DNA of 64,000 nucleotides from the human T2T-CHM13v2.0 reference genome, Homo sapiens: NCBI RefSeq assembly GCF_009914755.1, contig NC_060945.1. One strand, written 5' to 3'. Position numbers and translations under genes: made by a program. Below are positions 40,201 to 52,887 of the stretch, in pieces (the first letter of the stretch is position 1; every line of letters begins with the position of its first letter). The notes under the pieces are model-generated. The model worked only from the letters and a program-made list of their open reading frames with translations, searched no databases and was not told the origin of the DNA.

Positions 40201-41143
40201 ATATCCACTTGCAGATTCTACAATAAGAGTGTTTCAAAACTGCTCAATCAAAAGAAAGGTTCAACACTGTGAGATGAATGCACACGTCACAAAGCACTTT
40301 CTTAGAATGCTTCTGTCTAGCTTTTATGTGAAGATATTTCCTTTTTCACCATAGGCTGCAAAGCGCTCCAAATATCCCTTTCAGATTCTACAGAAAGAGT
40401 ATTTCAAAACTGTTCAATCAAAAGAGAAACTCAACTCTGGTGATGAATGCACGCATCACAAAGCAGTTTCTCATAATGTTTCTGTCTAGTTTTTATGTGA
40501 AGATATTTCATTCTCCACTATAGGCCGTAATGCACTCCTAATATCCACTTGCAGATTCTACAAAAAGACTGTTTGCAAACTGCTCAAACAAAAGAAAAGT
40601 TCAACTCTGTGAGTTGAATGAGCACATCACAAAGAAGTTTCTCAGAATGCTTCTGTCTAGTTTTTATGTGAATATATTTCCTTTTCCACTATAGGCCGTC
40701 ATGCGCTCCAAATATCCACTTGCAGATTCTACAAAAAGACTGTTTCCAAACTGCTCAATCAAAAGAAAAGCTCAACTCTGTGAGTTGAATGAGCACATCA
40801 CAAAGAAGTTTCTCAGAATGCTTCTATCTAGTTTTTATGTGAATATATTTCCTTTTCCACCACAGGCCACAAACCCTCCAAATATCCACTTGAAGATTCT
40901 ACAAAAAGAGTGCTTCAAAAATACTCAATCAAAAGAAAGGTTCAACTCTTCGAGATGGACGCACACATCACAAAGAAGCTTCTCAGAATGTTTCTGTCTA
41001 GTTTTTTTGTGAAGATATTTCCTTTTCCACTGAAGTCCTCAAGTCTCTCCAACTATCTACTTTCAGAATCTCCAAAAAGAGTGTTTTAAATCTGCTGTAC
41101 CAAAGAAAGTTTCATGTCTGAGATATGACTGCATACAACACAG
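37229..41143 (-). repeat. HOR copy U10, 23-mer, C/B mosaic
   Basis: The spacing is 3915 bp. C markers run to 39691 and B markers begin at 39743. Confidence 0.9.
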
Positions 41144-44100
41144 AGAACTTTCTCAAAGTGCTTCTGTTTATTTTTCTTATGAAGATATTTCCTTTTCCAC
41201 TATGGGCCACAGAGCGCTCCAAATATCCACTGGCAGATTCTACAAAAAGAGTGTTTCAAAACTGCTCAATCAATAGAAAGTTTGAAGTCTGTGAGATGAA
41301 TGTGCACATCACAAAGGAGTTTCTAAGAATGCTTCCATCTGAATTTTATGTGAGGATATTTCCTTTTTCACCATAGGCCTCAATACACTCCAAATATCCA
41401 TTTACAGATAATACAAATGACTGTATCCAAACTGCTCAATCAAAAGAAAGTTCAACTGTGCATGATGAATGCACACATCACAAGGGTGTTTCTCAGAAAG
41501 ATTTTGTCTTGTTTTTAGGTGAAGATATTTCTTATTTCCCCAGAGGCCTCAATGGGCTCTCAAATATTCCCTTTCATATTCTACTAAATGACTGTATCGA
41601 AGCTGCTCAATCAAAAGACGGGTTTAACAGTGTGAGACGAAAATACACCTTCCTAGGAAGTTTCTCAGAATTCTTCTTTCTAGTTTTTTATGTGAAGATA
41701 TTTCCTTTTCCACTATAGGCCTCAAAGCGTTCCAAATATCCACTTGCAGATACTACAAATAGAGCGTTTCAAAACTGCTCAATCAAAAGAAATGTTCAAC
41801 TCTGTGAGATGAATGCAGACATCAAAAAGAAGTTTCTCAGAATGCTTCCGCGTTGTTTTTATGTGAAGATATTTCCTTTTCCACCATAGGCCTCAAAGCA
41901 CTGGTAATATCCATTTGCAGATACTACAAAAAGACTGTCCCCAAACTGCTCAATAAAAAGAAAGTTTCAACTCTAGGAGATAAAAGCAAATATCACAAAG
42001 AAGTTTCTCAGAAACTTTCTATCTAGTTTTTATGTGAACGTATTTATTATCACCCCATAGACCTCAATCGGCTCACAAGTATCCTTCTGCAGATTGTAAA
42101 AAACTACTGTTTCCAAACCGCTCAATCACAGGAAAGGTTTAACTCTGTGAAATGAATGCATCCATCACAGAGAAGTTTCTCAGAATGCTTCCGTCTCGTT
42201 TCCATGTGAAGAAGATTCCTTTTCCACCATATTCCTCATGCGCTCCAAATAAACACTTGCAGATTCCGCTAAAAGAGTGTTTCAAAACTGCTCAATCAAA
42301 AGAAAGGTTCTAGTCGGTGAGATGAATGCACACATCACAAAGAGGTTTCTATGAATGCTTCTGTCTGATTTATATTGAAGATATATCCTTTTTCACCGTA
42401 GGCCTCAGAGTGCTTAAAATATCCATTTGCAGATAGTAGAAAAGACGGTTTCCAAACTGCTCAATCAAAGTAAAGTTCAACTCAGTGAGATGAATGCACA
42501 CATCACCAAGACGTTTCTGAGAAAGATTCTGTCTCGTTTTTATGTGAAGATATTTCCTGTTTCCCCAGAGGCATCAATGGGCTCACAAATATTCCTTTGC
42601 ATATTCTACAAAATGACTGTTTAGAAGGTGCTCAATCAAAAAAAAAGTTCAACAGTGTGAGATGAATGCGCCCATTCAAAGGAAGTTTCTCAGAATTCTT
42701 CTATCTAGTTTTTATGTGAAGATATTTCCTTTTTCACTATAGGCCACAAAGTGCTCCAAATATCCACTTGCAGACTCTACAAAACGAGTGTATCCACACT
42801 GCTCAATCAAAAGAAAATTTCAACTGTGTGAGATGAATGCACACATCAAAATAAATTTCTCCAAAACTTCTGCCTACTTTTTATGGGAAGATATTTCGTT
42901 TTTCAACGTAGGCCAAAAGCACTCCAAATATCAATTTGCAGATTCTACAAAAAGACTGTTTCCAAACTGCTCAATCAACAGAAAGTTTCAACCCGGTGAG
43001 TAGAAGTCACACATGACAAAATAGTTTCTCAGAAAGTATCTGTCTAGTTTTTATGTGAAGATATTTCCTATCACCCCAGAAGCCTCAATGGGCTCACAAA
43101 TATTCCTTTGCAGATTCTACAAAACGACAGTTTCAAAACTGCTGAATCAAAAGAAAGGTTCAACTCTGTGAGATGAATGCACAGATCACAAATAAGTTTC
43201 TCAGAATGCTGCTGTCTAGTTTTTATGGGAAGAGATTTCCTTTTCCACCATAGGCCTCAAAGCTCTCCAAATAGCCATTTGCAGATACTGTAAAAAGACT
43301 GTTTCCAAACTGCTGAATCAAAAGAAAGGTTGAACTCCATGAGTTGAATGCACACGTCACAAAGAAGTTTCTCAGAATGCTTCTGACTAGTTTTTATGTG
43401 AAGATATTTTCTTTTCCACCATAGGCCTCAAAGCGCTGAAAATATCCACTTGAAGATTCTACAGAAAGAGAGTTTCAAAACTGCTCAAACAAAAGAAAGA
43501 TTCAACTCTGTGAGATGAATGCACACATCACAAAGAAGTTTCTCAGAATGCTTCTGTCTAGTTTTATGTAAAGATATTTCCTTTTCTACTATAGGCCACA
43601 AAGCATTCCAAATATCAACTTGCAGATTCTGCAGAAAGAGTTTTTCAAAGCTGCTCAATCAAAAGAAAAGTTCAACTCTTTGAGATGAATGCACACATCA
43701 TGAAGTTCCTCAGAATGCTTCTATTTTTATGTGAAGATATATCCTTTTCTACCATAGACCACAAAACTCTCCAAATATCCCCTTGCAGTTTCTACTAAAA
43801 GAGTGTTTCCAAACTGCTCAATCAAAAGAAAGTTTCAACTCTGTGAGATGAATGCACACATCATTAAGAAGTTTCTCAGTAATTTTCTGTCTAGTTTTTA
43901 TGTGAAGATATTTCCTTTCCTACTATAGGCCTGAAAGTGCTGCAAATATCCGTTTGCAGATACTGCAAAAAGACTGTTTCCACACTGCTCAATCAAAGGA
44001 AATGTCCAACTCTGTGAGTTGAATGCACGCATCTCAAAGAGATTACTTATAATGATTCTGTCTAGTTTTGATGTGAAGATATTTGCTTTTCCACCAGTGG

Positions 44101-45058
44101 CCTCAAACTCTCCAAATATCCACTTGCAGATTCTACAATAAGAGTGTTTCAAAACTGCTCAATCAAAAGAAAGGTTCAACACTGTGAGATGAATGCACAC
44201 GTCACAAAGCACTTTCTTAGAATGCTTCTGTCTAGCTTTTATGTGAAGATATTTCCTTTTTCACCATAGGCTGCAAAGCGCTCCAAATATCCCTTTCAGA
44301 TTCTACAGAAAGAGTGTTTCAAAACTGTTCAATCAAAAGAGAAACTCAACACTGGTGATGAATGCACGCATCACAAAGCAGTTTCTCATAATGTTTCTGT
44401 CTAGTTTTTATGTGAAGATATTTCATTCTCCACTATAGGCCGTAATGCACTCCTAATATCCACTTGCAGATTCTACAAAAAGACTGTTTGCAAACTGCTC
44501 AAACAAAAGAAAAGTTCAACTCTGTGAGTTGAATGAGCACATCACAAAGAAGTTTCTCAGAATGCTTCTGTCTAGTTTTTATGTGAATATATTTCCTTTT
44601 CCACTATAGGCCGTCATGCGCTCCAAATATCCACTTGCAGATTCTACAAAAAGACTGTTTCCAAACTGCTCAATCAAAAGAAAAGCTCAACTCTGTGAGG
44701 TGAATGAGCACATCCCAAAGAAGTTCCTCAGAATGCTTCTATCTAGTTTTTATGTGAATATATTTGCTTTTCCACCACAGGCCACAAACCCTCCAAATAT
44801 CCACTTGAAGATTCTACAAAAAGAGTGCCTCAAAAATGCGCAATCAAAAGAAAGGTTCAACTCTTCGAGATGGACGCACACATCACAAAGAAGCTTCTCA
44901 GAATGTTTCTGTCTAGTTTTTTTGTAAAGATATTTCCTTTTCCACCGTAGTCCTCAAGTCTCTCCAAATATCTACTTTCAGAATCTCCAAAAAGAGTGTT
45001 TTAAAACTGCTGTACCAAAGAAAGTTTCATGTCGGAGATATGACTGCATACAACACAG
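41144..45058 (-). repeat. HOR copy U11, 23-mer, B/C mosaic
   Basis: The spacing is 3915 bp. B-lineage markers run to about 41768 and C markers begin at 41793. Confidence 0.9.
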
Positions 45059-48000
45059 AGAACTTTCTCAAAGTGCTTCTGTTTATTTTTCTTATGAAGA
45101 TATTTCCTTTTCCACTATGGGCCACAGAGTGCTCCAAATATCCACTGGCAGATTCTACAAAAAGGGTGTTTCAAAACTGCTCAATCAATAGAAAGTTTGA
45201 AGTCTGTGAGATGAATGTACACATCACAAAGGAGTTTCTAAGAATGCTTCCATCTGAATTTTATGTGAGGATATTTCCTTTTTCACCATAGGCCTCAGTA
45301 CACTCCAAATATCCATTTACAGATAATACAAATGACTGTATCCAAACTGCTCAATCAAAAGAAAGTTCAACTGTGTATGATGAATGCACACATCACAAGG
45401 GTGTTTCTCAGAAAGATTTTGTGTAGTTTTTAGGTGAAGATATTTCTTATTTCCCCAGAGGCCTCAATGGGCTCTCAAATATTCCCTTTCATATTCTACT
45501 AAATGACTGTATCGAAGCTGCTCAATCAAAAGACGGGTTTAACAGTGTGAGACGAAAATACACCTTCCTAGGAAGTTTCTCAGAATTCTTATTTCTAGTT
45601 TTTTATGTGAAGATATTTCCTTTTCCACTATAGGCCTCAAAGCGTTCCAAATATCCACTTGCAGAAACTACAAATAGAGCTTCTCAAAACTGCTCAATCA
45701 AAAGAAAGGTTCAACACTGTGAGATGAATGCAGATATCAAAAAGAAGTTTCTCAGAATGCTTCCGCGTTGTTTTTATGTGAAGATATTTCCTTTTCCACC
45801 ATAGGCCTCAAAGCACTGGTAATATCCATTTGCAGATACTACAAAAAGACTGTCCCCAAACTGCTCAATAAAAAGAAAGTTTCAACTCTAGGAGATAAAA
45901 GCAAATATCACAAAGAAGTTTCTCAGAAACTTTCTATCTAGTTTTTATGTGAACGTATTTATTATCACCCCATAGACCTCAATCGGCTCACAAGTATCCT
46001 TCTGCAGATTGTAAAAAACTACTGTTTCCAAACTGCTCAATCACAGGAAAGGTTTAACTCTGTGAAATGAATGCATCCATCACAGAGAAGTTTCTCAGAA
46101 TGCTTCCGTCTCGTTTCCATGTGAAGAAGATTCCTTTTCCACCATATTCCTCATGCGCTCCAAATAAACACTTGCAGATTCCGCTAAAAGAGTGTTTCAA
46201 AACTGCTCAATCAAAAGAAAGGTTCTAGTCGGTGAGATGAATGCCCACATCACAAAGAGGTTTCTATGAATGCTTCTGTCTGATTTATATTGAAGATATT
46301 TCCTTTTTCACCGTAGGCCTCAGAGTGCTTAAAATATCCATTTGCAGATAGTAGAAAAGACGGTTTCCAAACTGCTCAATCAAAGTAAAGTTCAACTCAG
46401 TGAGATGAATGCACACATCACCAAGACGTTTCTGAGAAAGATTCTGTCTCGTTTTTATGTGAAGATATTTCCTGTTTCCCCAGAGGCATCAATGGGCTCA
46501 CAAATATTCCTTTGCATATTCTACAAAATGACTGTTTAGAAGGTGCTCAATCAAAAAAAAAGTTCAACAGTGTGAGATGAATGCGCCCATTCAAAGGAAG
46601 TTTCTCAGAATTCTTCTATCTAGTTTTTATGTGAAGATATTTCCTTTTTCACTATAGGCCACAAAGTGCTCCAAATATCCACTTGCAGACTCTACAAAAC
46701 GAGTGTATCCACACTGCTCAATCAAAAGAAAATTTCAACTGTGTGAGATGAATGCACACATCAAAATAAATTTCTCCAAAACTTCTGCCTACTTTTTATG
46801 GGAAGATATTTCGTTTTTCAACGTAGGCCAAAAGCACTCCAAATATCAATTTGCAGATTCTACAAAAAGACTGTTTCCAAACTGCTCAATCAACAGAAAG
46901 TTTCAACCCGGTGAGTAGAAGTCACACATGACAAAATAGTTTCTCAGAAAGTATCTGTCTAGTTTTTATGTGAAGATATTTCCTATCACCCCAGAAGCCT
47001 CAATGGGCTCACAAATATTCCTTTGCAGATTCTACAAAACGACAGTTTCAAAACTGCTGAATCAAAAGAAAGGTTCAACTCTGTGAGATGAATGCACAGA
47101 TCACAAATAAGTTTCTCAGAATGCTGCTGTCTAGTTTTTATGGGAAGAGATTTCCTTTTCCACCATAGGCCTCAAAGCTCTCCAAATAGCCATTTGCAGA
47201 TACTGTAAAAAGACTGTTTCCAAACTGCTGAATCAAAAGAAAGGTTGAACTCCATGAGTTGAATGCACACGTCACAAAGAAGTTTCTCAGAATGCTTCTG
47301 TCTAGTTTTTATGGGAAGATATTTTCTTTTCCACCATAGGCCTCAAAGCGCTGAAAATATCCACTTGAAGATTCTACAGAAAGAGAGTTTCAAAACTGCT
47401 CAAACAAAAGAAAGATTCAACTCTGTGAGATGAATGCACACATCACAAAGAAGTTTCTCAGAATGCTTCTGTCTAGTTTTATGTAAAGATATTTCCTTTT
47501 CTACTATAGGCCACAAAGCACTCCAAATATCAACTTGCAGATTCTGCAGAAAGAGTTTTTCAAAGCTGCTCAATCAAAAGAAAAGTTCAACTCTTTGAGA
47601 TGAATGCACACATCATGAAGTTCCTCAGAATGCTTCTATTTTTATGTGAAGATATATCCTTTTCTACCATAGACCACAAAACGCTCCAAATATCCCCTTG
47701 CAGTTTCTACTAAAAGAGTGTTTCCAAACGGCTCAATCAAAAGAAAGTTTCAACTCTGTGAGATAAATGCACACATCATTAAGAAGTTTCTCAGTAATTT
47801 TCTGTCTAGTTTTTATGTGAAGATATTTCCTTTCCTACTATAGGCCTGAAAGTGCTGCAAATATCCGTTTGCAGATACTGCAAAAAGACTGTTTCCACAC
47901 TGCTCAATCAAAGGAAATGTCCAACTCTGTGAGTTGAATGCACGCATCACAGAGAGATTATTTCTAATGATTCTGTCTAGTTTTGATGTGAAGATATTTG

Positions 48001-48972
48001 CTTTTCCACCAGTGGCCTCAAACTCTCCAAATATCCACTTGCAGATTCTACAATAAGAGTGTTTCAAAACTGCTCAATCAAAGAAAGGTTCAACACTGTG
48101 AGATGAATGCACACGTCACAAAGCACTTTCTTAGAATGCTTCTGTCTAGCTTTTATGTGAAGATATTTCCTTTTTCACCATAGGCTGCAAAGCGCTCCAA
48201 ATATCCCTTTCAGATTCTACAGAAAGAGTGTTTCAAAACTGTTCAATCAAAAGAGAAACTCAACTCTGGTGATGAATGCACGCATCACAAAGCAGTTTCT
48301 CATAATGTTTCTGTCTAGTTTTTATGTGAAGATATTTCATTCTCCACTATAGGCCGTAATGCACTCCTAATATCCACTTGCAGATTCTACAAAAAGACTG
48401 TTTGCAAACTGCTCAAACAAAAGAAAAGTTCAACTCTGTGAGTTGAATGAGCACATCACAAAGAAGTTTCTCAGAATGCTTCTGTCTAGTTTTTATGTGA
48501 ATATATTTCCTTTTCCACTATAGGCCGTCATGCGCTCCAAATATCCACTTGCAGATTCTACAAAAAGACTGTTTCCAAGCTGCTCAATCAAAAGAAAAGC
48601 TCAACTCTGTTAGTTGAATGAGCACATCCCAAAGAAGTTCCTCAGAGTGCTTCTATCTAGTTTTTATGTGAATATATTTGCTTTTCCACCACAGGCCACA
48701 AACCCTCCAAATATCCACTTGAAGATTCTACAAAAAGAGTGCCTCAAAAATGCGCAATCAAAACAAAGGTTCAACTCTTCGAGATGGACGCACACAACAC
48801 AAAGAAGCTTCTCAGAATGTTTCTGTCTGGTTTTTTTGTGAAGATATTTCCTTTTCCACCGTAGTCCTCAAGTCTCTCCAAATATCTACTTTCAGAATCT
48901 CCAAAAAGAGTGTTTTAAAACTGCTGTACCAAAGAAAGTTTCATGTCGGAGATATGACTGCATACAACACAG
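45059..48972 (-). repeat. HOR copy U12, 23-mer, haplotype C with a divergent second half
   Basis: The spacing is 3914 bp. It has the 1-bp deletion aatcaaagaaagg at about 48081 and several private variants after 47.3 kb. Confidence 0.9.
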
Positions 48973-51900
48973 AGAACTTTCTCAAAGTGCTTCTGTTTAT
49001 TTTTCTTATGAAGATATTTCCTTTTCCACTATGGGCCACAGAGTGCTCCAAATATCCACTGGCAGATTCTACAAAAAGGGTGTTTCAAAACTGCTCAATC
49101 AATAGAAAGTTTGAAGTCTGTGAGATGAATGTACACATCACAAAGGAGTTTCTAAGAATGCTTCCATCTGAATTTTATGTGAGGATATTTCCTTTTTCAC
49201 CATAGGCCTCAGTACACTCCAAATATCCATTTACAGATAATACAAATGACTGTATCCAAACTGCTCAATCAAAAGAAAGTTCAACTCTGTATGATGAATG
49301 CACACATCACAAGGGTGTTTCTCAGAAAGATTTTGTCTAGTTTTTAGGTGAAGATATTTCTTATTTCCCCAGAGGCCTCAATGGGCTCTCAAATATTCCC
49401 TTTCATATTCTACTAAATGACTGTATCGAAGCTGCTCAATCAAAAGACGGGTTTAACAGTGTGAGACGAAAATACACCTTCCTAGGAAGTTTCTCAGAAT
49501 TCTTCTTTCTAGTTTTTTATGTGAAGATATTTCCTTTTCCACTATAGGCCTCAAAGCGTTCCAAATATCCAATTGCAGATACTACAAATAGAGCGTTTCA
49601 AAACTGCTCAATCAAAAGAAAGGTTCAACTCTGTGAGATGAATGCAGACATCAAAAAGAAGTTTCTCAGCATGCTTCCGCCTTGTTTTTATGTGAAGATA
49701 TTTCCTTTTCCACCATAGGTCTCAAAGCACTGGTAATATCCATTTGCAGATACTACAAAAAGACTGTCCCCAAACTGCTCAATAAAAAGAAAGTTTCAAC
49801 TCTAGGAGTTAAAAGCAAATATCACAAAGAAGTTTCTCAGAAACTTTCTATCTAGTTTTTATGTGAACGTATTTCTTATCACCCCATAGACCTCAATCGG
49901 CTCACAAGTATCCTTCTGCAGATTGTAAAAAACTACTGTTTCCAAACTGCTCAATCTCAGGAAAGGTTTAACTTTGTGAGATGAATGCATCCATCACAGA
50001 GAAGTTTCTCAGAATGCTTCTGTCTCGTTTCCATGTGAAGAAGATTCCTTTTCCACCATATTCCTCATGCGCTCCAAATAAACACTTGCAGATTCCGCTA
50101 AAAGAGTGTTTCAAAACTGCTCAATCAAAAGAAAGGTTCTAGTCGGTGAGATGAATGCACACATCACAAAGAGGTTTCTATGAATGCTTCTGTCTGATTT
50201 ATATTGAAGATATATCCTTTTTCACCGTAGGCCTCAGAGTGCTTAAAATATCCATTTGCAGATAGTAGAAAAGACGGTTTCCAAACTGCTCAATCAAAGT
50301 AAAGTTCAACTCAGTGAGATGAATGCACACATCACCAAGACGTTTCTGAGAAAGATTCTGTCTCGTTTTTATGTGAAGATATTTCCTGTTTCCCCAGAGG
50401 CATCAATGAGCTCACAAATATTCCTTTGCATATTCTACAAAATGACTGTTTAGAAGGTGCTCAATCAAAAAAAAAGTTCAACAGTGTGAGATGAATGCGC
50501 CCATTCAAAGGAAGTTTCTCAGAATTCTTCTATCTAGTTTTTATGTGAAGATATTTCCTTTTTCACTATAGGCCACAAAGTGCTCCAAATATCCACTTGC
50601 AGACTCTACAAAACGAGTGTATCCACACTGCTCAATCAAAAGAAAATTTCAACTGTGTGAGATGAATGCACACATCAAAATAAATTTCTCCAAAACTTCT
50701 GCCTACTTTTTATGGGAAGATATTTCGTTTTTCAACGTAGGCCAAAAGCACTCCAAATATCAATTTGCAGATTCTACAAAAAGACTGTTTCCAAACTGCT
50801 CAATCAACAGAAAGTTTCAACCCAGTGAGTAGAAGTCACACATGACAAAATAGTTTCTCAGAAAGTATCTGTCTAGTTTTTATGTGAAGATATTTCCTAT
50901 CACCCCAGAAGCCTCAATGGGCTCACAAATATTCCTTTGCAGATTCTACAAAACGACAGTTTCAAAACTGCTGAATCAAAAGAAAGGTTCAACTCTGTGA
51001 GATGAATGCACAGATCACAAATAAGTTTCTCAGAATGCTGCTGTCTAGTTTTTATGGGAAGAGATTTCCTTTTCCACCATAGGCCTCAAAGCTCTCCAAA
51101 TAGCCATTTGCAGATACTGTAAAAAGACTGTTTCCAAACTGCTGAATCAAAAGAAAGGTTGAACTCCATGAGTTGAATGCACACGTCACAAAGAAGTTTC
51201 TCAGAATGCTTCTGACTAGTTTTTATGTGAAGATATTTTCTTTTCCACCATAGGCCTCAAAGCGCTGAAAATATCCACTTGAAGATTCTACAGAAAGAGA
51301 GTTTCAAAACTGCTCAAACAAAAGAAAGATTCAACTCTGTGAGATGAATGCACACATCACAAAGAAGTTTCTCAGAATGCTTCTGTCTAGTTTTATGTAA
51401 AGATATTTCCTTTTCTACTCTAGGCCACAAAGCACTCCAAATATCAACTTGCAGATTCTGCAGAAAGAGTTTTTCAAAGCTGCTCAATCAAAAGAAAAGT
51501 TCAACACTTTGAGATGAATGCACACATCATGAAGTTCCTCAGAATGCTTCTATTTTTATGTGAAGATATATCCTTTTCTACCATAGACCACAAAACGCTC
51601 CAAATATCCCCTTGCAGTTTCTACTAAAAGAGTGTTTCCAAACGGCTCAATCAAAAGAAAGTTTCAACTCTGTGAGATGAATGCACACATCATTAAGAAG
51701 TTTCTCAGTAATTTTCTGTCTAGTTTTTATGTGAAGATATTTCCTTTCCTACTATAGGCCTGAAAGTGCTGCAAATATCCGTTTGCAGATACTGCAAAAA
51801 GACTGTTTCCACACTGCTCAATCAAAGGAAATGTCCAACTCTGTGAGTTGAATGCATGCATCTCAAAGAGATTACTTATAATGATTCTGACTAGTTTTGA

Positions 51901-52887
51901 TGTGAAGATATTTGCTTTTCCACCAGTGGCCTCAAACTCTCCAAATATCCACTTGCAGATTCTACAATAAGAGTGTTTCAAAACTGCTCAATCAAAAGAA
52001 AGGTTCAACACTGTGAGATGAATGCACACGTCACAAAGCACTTTCTTAAAATGCTTCTGTCTAGCTTTTATGTGAAGATATTTCCTTTTTCACCATAGGC
52101 TGCAAAGCGCTCCAAATATCCCTTTCAGATTCTACAGAAAGAGAGTTTCAAAACTGTTCAATCAAAAGAGAAACTCAACTCTGGTGATGAATGCACGCAT
52201 CACAAAGCAGTTTCTCATAATATTTCTGTCTAGTTTTTATGTGAAGATATTTCATTCTCCACTATAGGCCGTAATGCACTCCTAATATCCACTTGCAGAT
52301 TCTACAAAAAGACTGTTTGCAAACTGCTCAAACAAAAGAAAAGTTCAACTCTGTGAGTTGAATGAGCACATCACAAAGAAGTTTCTCAGAATGCTTCTGT
52401 CTAGTTTTTATGTGAATATATTTCCTTTTCCACTATAGGCCGTCATGCGCTCCAAATATCCACTTGCAGATTCTACAAAAAGACTGTTTCCAAACTGCTC
52501 AGTCAAAAGAAAAGCTCAAATCTGTGAGTTGAATGAGCACATCCCAAAGAAGTTCTTCAGAATGCTTCTATCTAGTTTTTATGTGAATATATTTGCTTTT
52601 CCACCACAGGCCACAAACCCTCCAAATATCCACTTGAAGATTCTACAAAAAGAGTGCTTCAAAAATGCGCAATCAAAAGAAAGGTTCAACTCTTCGAGAT
52701 GGACGCACACATCACAAAGAAGCTTCCCAGAATGTTTCTGTCTAGTTTTATTGTGAAGATATTTCCTTTTCCACCGTAGTCCTCAAGTCTCTCCAAATAT
52801 CTACTTTCAGAATCTCCAAAAAGAGTGTTTTAAAACTGCTGTACCAAAGAAAGTTTCATGTCTGAGATATGACTGCATACAACACAG
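48973..52887 (-). repeat. HOR copy U13, 23-mer
   Basis: The spacing is 3915 bp. It is C-related with more private substitutions. Confidence 0.9.
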
